Positions 1 through 6,001 of a DNA stretch of 6,001 nucleotides are shown piece after piece. Source of the stretch: a virus (Duplodnaviria; Heunggongvirae; Uroviricota; Caudoviricetes); the IMG/VR virus record IMGVR_UViG_2585427725_000002, positions 1-6,001 of that record. One strand, 5' to 3'. The notes under the pieces were generated by a model. It saw only the letters and a list, made by a program, of their open reading frames with translations. It was not told the DNA's origin and did not search any database. The position numbers were made by a program, and so were the translations under genes. Position 1 is the first letter of the stretch. Every line of letters starts with the position of its first letter.

Positions 1-2
1 CC

Positions 3-188
3 CTGCCGATATCTTTCAGCAATACCAATTATTGTGTTGTTGCATCGTACGATAATGCACGGTCAGGTGCGTCAACAATGGTTAGTTTTGCAGCATTACC
101 TGTTTCACCATCGCAATTTTCCCTGATGTCATCTGTGACTGAGCAAGGAATAAATCCTTTTGCTTACTGGATTGCTTTTGGAGATTGA
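3..188 (+). CDS. Alternative tail-fibre C-terminal variable segment, 3' end only (5' part off-window); promoterless in this orientation
   Basis: Frame 3 is open from the window edge to TGA at 186..188 (61 codons, ending ...INPFAYWIAFGD). It sits directly upstream of, and in frame with, the plus-strand tfa gene (TGA TAA then ATG at 192), which is the arrangement expected for the silent fibre/tfa pair of an invertible segment. Not in the ORF track because it lacks a start inside the window. Confidence 0.45.
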   Translation: MPISFSNTNYCVVASYDNARSGASTMVSFAALPVSPSQFSLMSSVTEQGINPFAYWIAFGD

Positions 189-191
189 TAA

Positions 192-611
192 ATGGACAGA
201 TACTTCTATTCACAAAAAGAAAATGGTTTTTTTACCGATTTAAATAAAGCACCTTCAGATGCTGTTGAGATAACCACGGATGAATGGCTATCACTACTGG
301 ATGGTCAGGATAATGGCATGAAAATAGTCAGCAATCAGGAGGGATATCCGGTTTTGACAGAGCAACCACCTTTATCAAAAGAAAACCTTATTGCATTGGC
401 AGAGTTGAAAAAAGGAAAACTTATTAATGAAGCCAACGAGCACATGAACAGCAGGCAATGGCCTGGTAAAGCGGCTATTGGTCGTCTGAAAGGTGAGGAA
501 CTGGCGCAATATAATTTGTGGCTGGATTATCTGGACGCACTGGAACTGGTTGATTCCTCCAGTGCGCCAGATATTGAATGGCCTACGCCTCCGGCAGTTC
601 AGGCCAGATGA
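192..611 (+). CDS. Tail fibre assembly protein (Tfa/gpG/U-like chaperone), alternative copy
   Basis: 139-aa ORF with ATG at 192. The C-terminus (LDYLDALELVDSSSAPDIEWPTPP) carries the conserved Tfa C-terminal motif and parallels the C-terminus of the minus-strand tfa. It is convergent with that gene and overlaps it at 583..611. Confidence 0.8.
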   Translation: MDRYFYSQKENGFFTDLNKAPSDAVEITTDEWLSLLDGQDNGMKIVSNQEGYPVLTEQPPLSKENLIALAELKKGKLINEANEHMNSRQWPGKAAIGRLKGEELAQYNLWLDYLDALELVDSSSAPDIEWPTPPAVQAR

Positions 612-1185
612 CATCCGGCGCGGTGCTGGTATCTGTTGCCGTCACCGCGTCAATGTAATCCAGCACAGCGTTAAGTCGGGTGGTTTCTGCCTGCGTCAGC
701 TTCCGTCCGGCCTGTAGTTTCAGTTGAATCAGACTAATGGAAGCCATTGCTGCATCAATAAGTGACTGGCGCAGTGCTTCTGCCGCGTCTACTGCGGCAT
801 TATGCTGTGCCTCAGTATCTGTCACCCATTTCTCACCATCCCATTTATCGTATGGCGTTAACGGGGCGATAGTGGTTGTATTATCAGGGTAATCACCCGG
901 AGCTGTGATTTCTTTTGATTCTCCTGTTTCGGTGCTAAAGACGATTTCACCGCGATGGTCTGGCACATATTCCCATGAGTTAAAATCTGCAGATCGGCAG
1001 ATTGCATAACCAGTTTTGTATGAGCCAGGAGCATCTAAACAGGAACATGCCGGAATGCCGACACCCACAGCAAGATATTCAGTTGATGTGAAAATATATT
1101 CCCGTGTTTCACCATCATAGTTATAAACCGTAATATTTCCTGCCTGGGTGGCGATAAATTCGTTATTTAATACAGCGTAATCCAT
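583..1185 (-). CDS. Tail fibre assembly protein (Tfa/gpG/U-like chaperone)
   Basis: 200-aa ORF with ATG at 1185..1183. The C-terminus (LDYIDAVTATDTSTAPDVIWPELPEA) is the characteristic Tfa motif. Its start overlaps the fibre stop by 1 nt (TAATG), indicating translational coupling. Confidence 0.85.
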   Translation of the reverse strand: MDYAVLNNEFIATQAGNITVYNYDGETREYIFTSTEYLAVGVGIPACSCLDAPGSYKTGYAICRSADFNSWEYVPDHRGEIVFSTETGESKEITAPGDYPDNTTTIAPLTPYDKWDGEKWVTDTEAQHNAAVDAAEALRQSLIDAAMASISLIQLKLQAGRKLTQAETTRLNAVLDYIDAVTATDTSTAPDVIWPELPEA

Positions 1186-2000
1186 TATGCAGCCCTCACG
1201 ATATAATTAAAGGCAATGTTTCGAGGACGGTTTTCGTTTGCAGTTGGAACAACTCTGGAAGCATCAAATGTTACTCGCTTTGCATAACCACCTTTAATTG
1301 AATCAGATGAAGCATCTCCGATGACGCTGGTTGTAAAAACGCCAGAATCAGAAGGATAGGTATTAAACCTGACATCTACTAATGCACCAATTATATTTCG
1401 AATGGCATCGCCCTGTGATGCAAGCAAGCTACGGTTAGTATCAATTCCTCTTCCGTCATCCCAGCCACGAATAAACTCACCACGTAAATCAGGTAATTTA
1501 TTTGTCGGGTAAGCCTTTGCCAGTTCCGGGTATTCTTCAGCAGAAAAAGCCGCACCATTGCATTTCAGCCAGCCTGTTGGCGGAGTGGCTGAAGGCCACG
1601 GAACAGGGACACCAACAGGTAATGCAGAGCCTTCTCCCAAACCAAGGTTTTCGAGAGCCGTTGGTACCGTGCCGTCCGATTTGATATCACCAAACGGATT
1701 ATTGCGGCTCAGGTATTCAACAGCAAACCCCGATCCCAGCAATTCAACAAAACCGGGCAGATCACCATTATCAAGCACATCCCGTTGCGTTTTATCACTT
1801 ACAAACTGGGCCAGAGCTGCAGCAATAAAGCTGGCCTGCCGAATAACCTTATTGACTTGCGCACTGGAGGCTTTCCCTGCTGTAAATCCGGATAAAAGCG
1901 CGGGCAACGCTTCCCATTCCTCCTGCGATATAACATTGGCATTTCGATCCGTTGCAAACGCTTTAAAGTCATTTTTCGCCATCAGAGTAATACTCCCCAT
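1185..2000 (-). CDS. Short tail fibre protein with a constant N-terminus and an invertible C-terminal part
   Basis: 271-aa ORF. The C-terminal part has a tail-collar-like stretch ([22 protein letters not shown]...[13 protein letters not shown]), it lies immediately upstream of tfa, and the crossover site falls in frame at codons A115..E123. The true start may instead be Met7 (ATG at 1982..1980), which gives a TGATG coupling with the upstream gene. Confidence 0.85.
   Translation of the reverse strand: MGSITLMAKNDFKAFATDRNANVISQEEWEALPALLSGFTAGKASSAQVNKVIRQASFIAAALAQFVSDKTQRDVLDNGDLPGFVELLGSGFAVEYLSRNNPFGDIKSDGTVPTALENLGLGEGSALPVGVPVPWPSATPPTGWLKCNGAAFSAEEYPELAKAYPTNKLPDLRGEFIRGWDDGRGIDTNRSLLASQGDAIRNIIGALVDVRFNTYPSDSGVFTTSVIGDASSDSIKGGYAKRVTFDASRVVPTANENRPRNIAFNYIVRAA
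1632..1657. other. Site-specific inversion crossover site (hix/gix/cix/pix-like) for a serine invertase
   Basis: The 26-bp sequence TTCTCCCAAACCAAGGTTTTCGAGAG has the imperfect dyad AAACC-NN-GGTTT with a central AA, closely resembling hixL (TTCTTGAAAACCAAGGTTTTTGATAA, recalled from memory). It lies inside the fibre ORF, where it encodes LENLGLGE. Confidence 0.6.
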
Positions 2001-2662
2001 GCTCCTACATCAAAACCACTGATGAATTCGTTATCCATATCAAAACCAAAAAATTTTGAGCCTTCCGATGGGGTTTCCACCGAAGGTGTTTCAATGCCAC
2101 CCGCCCATACCCCGGCAGCTTTTACTGTGAGATACCCCTGTTTAATTGCCGCAATTAACTCACGCGATACATCTGAAATATCAGTATCAGGAAAGACCCA
2201 GACCGATATCGTCATGTCCTGGTTATCGACTATCTGCATTCGCAGCCCGGATCCTGCTGTTGCAGAGTCAAGAATTGCCGGAAGCGAATCATTCCGTCCA
2301 TCCCAGTTATTAATCGCAATCTTCGCTTTAAGAATGACACGATAAGTTTCATCGCTGAGGTACATGTATCCGGAATCAGGATCGTATGGTCCCTGCCATA
2401 CCCCCTGATCATATCCAAGCCCGTCGGTATCCCAGCTGAAATAGACACCTGAGATAGGCTGGCTGACAACACGGCTACGTCCGATCCACAATCCCAGAAT
2501 GTCAAGTTGCACACCAACCGCAGAGTCAATATCAAATGCAGTAATCAGCCCTCTGGTGGCAGCCGCAACATCAATAAGCGGCCGGGTCATCAGATCAACA
2601 TGCGCAAGAAATTTAGGTTTGGTGGCGTGGTAGTTCGTGATTAGTTCGGTGTATTTGCTCAT
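1982..2662 (-). CDS. Phage tail/baseplate protein I-like (P2 gpI / Mu gp48 family, DUF2313-type)
   Basis: 226-aa ORF placed between the baseplate J-like gene and the fibre gene, as in P2 (J-I-H) and Mu (gp47-gp48-S). Its start overlaps the J stop as ATGA. The assignment is by synteny and size; family membership is recalled, not searched. Confidence 0.65.
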   Translation of the reverse strand: MSKYTELITNYHATKPKFLAHVDLMTRPLIDVAAATRGLITAFDIDSAVGVQLDILGLWIGRSRVVSQPISGVYFSWDTDGLGYDQGVWQGPYDPDSGYMYLSDETYRVILKAKIAINNWDGRNDSLPAILDSATAGSGLRMQIVDNQDMTISVWVFPDTDISDVSRELIAAIKQGYLTVKAAGVWAGGIETPSVETPSEGSKFFGFDMDNEFISGFDVGAWGVLL

Positions 2663-3858
2663 GACTCCACCGTTATAACGATATTTTCCGGGGTACAGGA
2701 CGCAGATTCGTTGTATCTGATATCAATGTTTGATGACGACAAAGCCCCCGGGGATTTCCCAATCGTCAGTTCCTGAATATCGTAATAGCGTGCATTCCCG
2801 CCACTCACCACGCCAAGATTCGCCGGTGAGTAAATGCGACTTAAAAGGACCGAATCACCAATCGTCAAACTATTGATATAGTCGGAAATAGCCTGCTGGA
2901 TCTGCTGCCCTATCTGTGAGGTATAACCCGTAAAAACTTTTAATTTAATCCGGGCATAAACAGGCACATCACTGGAACGCGAGAATTTGATTACATGGGG
3001 ATTGCCGTATTTATCCGGAACCGTAACGGATGTTGTACCGTGAGTGGCTGTCCCCTGGCCTTTATTCCCTCTGATAGCCTGAGCAATATCCGTCACATCA
3101 CCGCCATCCACAATTACAGCAACAGAGTGTGGCGGTAACCCGTTACCGTCCTCCGAACCAGTATCGTTTTCATAGAGTTTGTGGCGGGTTACACCGGGAA
3201 CATTAGAAACAGCACCATCCAGTGCTTCAAATGGGGTTATTGATGGCAACGCAACACTTTGCGACTGGCGGATACGTAACTCAGCATCAGTTTCTGCCGG
3301 AGAGCCAACAGTAGCCGCAGCAGGATTAGTTACCGAAACCCAGCCACGGGTTGGCGTATTAATTTCAGTGATAGTTCCAGCCAGCGCCGCCACTGCACCA
3401 CTGACGGAACATGTTGCGGTCGCCATCACTGTACCATCCACGCCGACCACCACTGAAGCAGGCAAACGCCATATCACATTATTACTGTCTTTCACGCTGC
3501 CATTAATGATGGTTGTTCCGGCAGTTCCTGTAAGAAGCAAATCAACCGTAGAGTTCGTCGCGCCTTTACGTGAAATACCATTTATTTTCACGTTACTGGT
3601 CAGTGCAGCCCCATAGCCGGTTGCCGGTGAAAAACAGTTGTAGACAGTTATCGCCATATTATTGGCATCATGAATCGCCAGCGCCATCAGAGCCACCATC
3701 TGGCCGTCTTTGCTGTCCGGTTCGAGGTAGGCATCACTGCCATAAATCTGCTGAAAATAGCTAATCAGGGTGCTGAGTATCGTCTGATAATCAGGCGCAC
3801 TGATCCCCTCCGCGGTTACCTTTGCAGATAAACCGAGAGAATCAAGGTTCAGAGCCAT
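2659..3858 (-). CDS. Baseplate J-like protein (P2 gpJ / Mu gp47 / T4 gp6 family)
   Basis: 399-aa ORF with a GGAGG ribosome-binding site about 5 nt upstream of the ATG. Its size and position between the W-like and I-like genes fit the family. Start overlaps the upstream stop (TAATG). Confidence 0.8.
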   Translation of the reverse strand: MALNLDSLGLSAKVTAEGISAPDYQTILSTLISYFQQIYGSDAYLEPDSKDGQMVALMALAIHDANNMAITVYNCFSPATGYGAALTSNVKINGISRKGATNSTVDLLLTGTAGTTIINGSVKDSNNVIWRLPASVVVGVDGTVMATATCSVSGAVAALAGTITEINTPTRGWVSVTNPAAATVGSPAETDAELRIRQSQSVALPSITPFEALDGAVSNVPGVTRHKLYENDTGSEDGNGLPPHSVAVIVDGGDVTDIAQAIRGNKGQGTATHGTTSVTVPDKYGNPHVIKFSRSSDVPVYARIKLKVFTGYTSQIGQQIQQAISDYINSLTIGDSVLLSRIYSPANLGVVSGGNARYYDIQELTIGKSPGALSSSNIDIRYNESASCTPENIVITVES

Positions 3859-4211
3859 TACGCCTCCGATGTAACAGTCGTTATTCCATAGAGAGTGTCG
3901 ATTTCAGCGGAAAACATGACACGTCGGGTCGTGGTATCCACCGTCGTATTGAAAGAGAGGATTGATTTAACGCCCTGCGTTTCGAGGATGCGCTTACGGA
4001 TCGCCAGGTTGTAAGTTTCTGGTTTTTGCCTGCCCAGCACGGACTGGATCCACGGTGTTCCCTCTGTGGTATCAAGAAACCATTGCCCATACCACAATTC
4101 GAATCGCGTTTTCACAGCCTGCGCTACGGCCTCAGGCGAGTTAATCAGCCAGGTGTCATCACCGCTGCCAAAGGTGTAATCGCCATCGGCGTCTTCACGT
4201 CTGTATCGCAT
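3858..4211 (-). CDS. Baseplate wedge protein, gpW/gp25-like (Mu gp46-like)
   Basis: 117-aa ORF located between the spike V-like and J-like genes, with the size typical of gpW/gp25. It is translationally coupled on both sides. Assignment rests mainly on synteny. Confidence 0.6.
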   Translation of the reverse strand: MRYRREDADGDYTFGSGDDTWLINSPEAVAQAVKTRFELWYGQWFLDTTEGTPWIQSVLGRQKPETYNLAIRKRILETQGVKSILSFNTTVDTTTRRVMFSAEIDTLYGITTVTSEA

Positions 4212-4963
4212 CAGTTTACCCCGTCGGTACTGCTTCCACCACGCTGAACACCACCATGAGTGTGTGTATCATCGATTGGCTTGCCATTAGCCTTCACGCT
4301 CCCCAAAAACTCAACAGCACCAGTGATTTTTGAAGCCACACCAGAAACCACAGACCCCACCATGCCCCCCATCCAGGTTAACAGGCCATGAATGGTTACT
4401 TTCTCAGAAAAATCAGCCAGAGGGGCAACCACATCAAGACCACCTGGAGCGACAATTTTAATTTTCCTGGTATCAGGATTAAGCTCAAAATAGGTGCTGC
4501 CGTCATCACTACGCAACTGTGTGGCACTGGTATTAATACCGCTAATCTTCCTTGCCTGCGACTGGGGACCGACAATACAAAACGCATCCGATAAATCATG
4601 CATTCTGTCATCGACCGACTCCTGTATCCCGCCACTCTGCCACCAGAAATCAATACAACGATCGGCAAAAATCACCAAACATTCATCACCGGCTTTAACT
4701 GGGAACGTTAGCGTACATCCTCCGCCGCGCGGGAATACCACTGGCACATCCACCAGCAATGGGTAATTTTTGGTAATGCGGTTGCCGTCATTATCCTTTT
4801 CAACCGAACGGATAGCAGGCTGCACAACTGCCGTCACCGCATCAGGATCGAATGACTGAATAATGCCAGGCAAGGCGACACGGATCTGGTTCTTTGTTGT
4901 TTCCCGTTCAGATTTGAATGTTTCGGCAAGGTCGCCGCTGCGGGTCTGGTCAGATACTGCCAT
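4211..4963 (-). CDS. Baseplate assembly protein V / central spike (P2 gpV, Mu gp45-like)
   Basis: 250-aa ORF with a GGAG ribosome-binding site 8 nt upstream of the ATG. It contains the OB-fold-like motif FPVKAGDECLVIFADRCIDFWW, comparable to the GDEvLVxF motif of Phage_base_V proteins, and a His-rich C-terminal tip (DDTHTHGG). Confidence 0.75.
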   Translation of the reverse strand: MAVSDQTRSGDLAETFKSERETTKNQIRVALPGIIQSFDPDAVTAVVQPAIRSVEKDNDGNRITKNYPLLVDVPVVFPRGGGCTLTFPVKAGDECLVIFADRCIDFWWQSGGIQESVDDRMHDLSDAFCIVGPQSQARKISGINTSATQLRSDDGSTYFELNPDTRKIKIVAPGGLDVVAPLADFSEKVTIHGLLTWMGGMVGSVVSGVASKITGAVEFLGSVKANGKPIDDTHTHGGVQRGGSSTDGVN

Positions 4964-4980
4964 TTAGTAGGCTCCAGAAA

Positions 4981-5006
4981 GCAAAAAACCCGCCGAAGCG
5001 GGTTTG
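4981..5006 (-). terminator. Rho-independent terminator (minus-strand reading)
   Basis: The minus-strand transcript reads AAACCCGC-UUCG-GCGGGUUU followed by UUUGC: an 8-bp GC-rich stem with a UUCG tetraloop and a U-tract. It lies between the truncated upstream ORF stop (5023) and the V-gene ribosome-binding site. Confidence 0.6.
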
Positions 5007-5022
5007 ATAACGTTAATTTTAT

Positions 5023-5144
5023 TCATGAAACTCTAGCAGACTTTAGCTGTTCCCAGCGCTCAAAATAGAGTTCAGCAGCCTCGATTGCATCCTGTCCCAT
5101 CTCTTTCGAAACAGTCACATTCGTCAGATCATAGTCAGCTTCAT
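5023..5144 (-). pseudogene. 3' fragment of an unidentified gene interrupted by the IS2 insertion
   Basis: One minus-strand frame stays open from the IS2 junction (5144) to TGA at 5025..5023, about 39 codons ending ...ELYFERWEQLKSARVS. The other two frames stop immediately. The upstream part would lie beyond the IS2. Confidence 0.35.
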
Positions 5145-5185
5145 TGGATTTGCCCCTATATTTCCAGACATCTGTTATCACTTAA
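5145..5185. repeat. IS2 right terminal inverted repeat (IRR, about 41 bp)
   Basis: The terminal sequence matches the remembered IS2 IRR. The exact inner boundary is approximate. Confidence 0.7.
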
Positions 5186-6001
5186 CCCATTACAAGCCCG
5201 CTGCCGCAGATATTCCCGTGGCGAGCGATAACCCAGCGCACTATGCGGATGCCATTCGTTATAATGCTCGAACGCCTCTGCAAGGTTCTTTGCTGCCGTT
5301 AACCCGTCTGGTTTGGGCATGATACTGATGTAGTCACGCTTTATCGTTTTCACGAAGCTCTCTGCTATTCCGTTACTCTCCGGACTCCGCACCGCCGTGT
5401 TCTTCGGTTCAAGTCCCAACATCCGGGCGAACTGGCGTGTTTCATTAGCCCGGTAGCATGAACCATTATCCGTCAGCCACTCCACTGGAGACGACGGAAG
5501 ATCGTTGCCGAAGCGGCGTTCCACCGCTCCCAGCATGACGTCCTGTACTGTTTCACTGTTGAAGCCGCCGGTAGTGACCGCCCAGTGCAGTGCCTCACGA
5601 TCACAGCAGTCCAGCGCGAACGTGACACGCAGTCTCTCTCCGTTATCACAGCAGAACTCGAACCCGTCAGAGCACCATCGCTGATTGCTTTCTTTCACGG
5701 CCACTCTGCCTGTATGTGCCCGTTTCGATGGCGGTACAGCAGGTTTTCGCTCAAGCAACAGCGCATTCTGGCGCATGATCCGGTAAACACGTTTGGCATT
5801 GATCGCAGGCATACCATCAAGTTCTGCCTGTCTGCGAAGCAGCGCCCATACCCGACGATAACCATACGTGGGCAGCTCTCCGATAACATGGTGTATACGG
5901 AGAAGCACATCCGTATCATCAGTGTGACGACTGCGGCGGCCATCCATCCAGTCATCGGTTCGTCTGAGAATGACGTGCAACTGCGCACGCGACACCCGGA
6001 G
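5156..6001 (-). CDS. insD: IS2 transposase OrfB (InsD), N-terminus off-window
   Basis: The translation ([26 protein letters not shown]...WCSDGFEF...[10 protein letters not shown]...[14 protein letters not shown]...RCLEI, stop TAG at 5158..5156) shows the IS3-family DDE motif and matches IS2 InsD as I remember it. The track's leading M at 5995 is a GTG, an in-frame Val; the real start lies upstream, off-window. Confidence 0.9.

Larger units (their letters stand above)
1..1645. other. Invertible tail-fibre host-range segment (G/C/P-segment-like), partial; left boundary and invertase gene off-window
   Basis: Contains the fibre variable part, tfa, a convergent tfa' and the alternative fibre C-terminus, bounded on the right by the crossover site in the fibre gene. 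This is the same architecture as the Mu G, P1 C and e14 P segments. Confidence 0.55.
5145..6001 (-). mobile_element. IS2 (IS3 family) insertion sequence, right-hand portion; continues past the window edge
   Basis: The terminus TGGATTTGCCCCTATATTTCCAGACATC at 5145 is the reverse complement of the IS2 right end (...GATGTCTGGAAATATAGGGGCAAATCCA, recalled from memory). The internal ORF matches IS2 InsD. Confidence 0.9.

Noticed and set aside
372-399. Partial hix-like match TTATCAAAAGAAAACCTTATTGCATTGG inside tfa'
   Set aside because: It has only one half-site-like element (TTATCAAAA...AAACC) and lacks the GGTTT dyad partner and correct spacing, unlike the full site at 1632..1657.
375-717. ORFs 375..614 (-) and 493..717 (+) overlapping the two tfa genes
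   Set aside because: They are alternative-frame or antisense shadows of the tfa genes. The tfa frames carry the conserved C-terminal motifs; these do not.
1558-2022. 154-aa plus-strand ORF antisense to the tail fibre and I-like genes
   Set aside because: It lies entirely inside well-supported minus-strand genes, and its translation is low-complexity (Ser/Pro/Ala-rich) with no recognisable motif. Most likely a chance antisense ORF. The same applies to 1502..1684 (+).
2022-2345. 107-aa plus-strand ORF antisense to the I-like gene; also 2230..2535 (-) in an alternative frame
   Set aside because: Both are embedded in the I-like coding region, with no ribosome-binding site or recognisable domain. 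Considered frame-shadow ORFs.
3179-3764. Plus-strand ORFs 3179..3616 and 3570..3764 antisense to the baseplate J-like gene
   Set aside because: They overlap the J-like gene, which has good coupling and a ribosome-binding site, and their translations are Ala/Thr/Pro-rich mirror images. Judged spurious.
3881-4766. Small ORFs 3881..4090 (-), 4026..4247 (+), 4388..4594 (+), 4396..4668 (-), 4494..4766 (+) within the W-like and V-like genes
   Set aside because: All are nested in or antisense to the supported W-like and V-like CDSs, and none has a convincing start context or motif.
4981-5012. The same hairpin read on the plus strand as a terminator for a plus-strand transcript
   Set aside because: On the plus strand the stem is followed by only UUUGAUAA (three U residues), and no plus-strand gene ends nearby. 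It is better explained as a minus-strand terminator.
4964-5060. Sigma70-like promoter for the baseplate operon (for example TTAACG / TATCAA-like hexamers on the minus strand)
   Set aside because: No hexamer pair with acceptable matches and 16-18-bp spacing could be found by eye, and the candidates lie upstream of or inside the terminator hairpin. Not reported as a feature.
5695-5988. 97-aa minus-strand ORF inside IS2
   Set aside because: It is an out-of-frame ORF overlapping the transposase coding region. The genuine upstream IS2 gene (orfA/InsC) would lie beyond the right edge of the window.
1-6001. tRNA, rRNA or CRISPR arrays
   Set aside because: No regularly spaced direct repeats and no cloverleaf-like or rRNA-like segments were seen. 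The window is almost fully occupied by protein-coding sequence and IS2.

Overview
The window holds the distal end of a contractile-tail (Mu/P2/e14-like) baseplate and tail-fibre module on the minus strand, followed on the right by the right-hand part of an IS2 insertion sequence. Reading the minus strand from about 4963 down to 583 there is a tightly coupled operon: spike/baseplate V-like, W/gp25-like wedge, baseplate J-like, tail protein I-like (DUF2313-type), a short tail fibre, and a tail-fibre assembly (Tfa) gene. On the plus strand at the left edge sit a second, convergent tfa gene and the 3' end of an alternative fibre C-terminus. Together with a 26-bp hix/gix/cix-like crossover site inside the fibre gene (1632..1657), this is the signature of a serine-invertase (Gin/Cin/Pin/Hin-type) invertible host-range segment; the invertase gene and the second site should lie beyond the left edge. 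Upstream of the operon, a strong intrinsic terminator and a short 3' gene fragment abut the IS2 right end at 5144/5145, so this looks like a prophage or tail-like element disrupted by IS2. This is a known class of system rather than a new one; I found no RNA genes or CRISPR arrays. All family assignments rest on remembered motifs, gene size and synteny, not on any database search.
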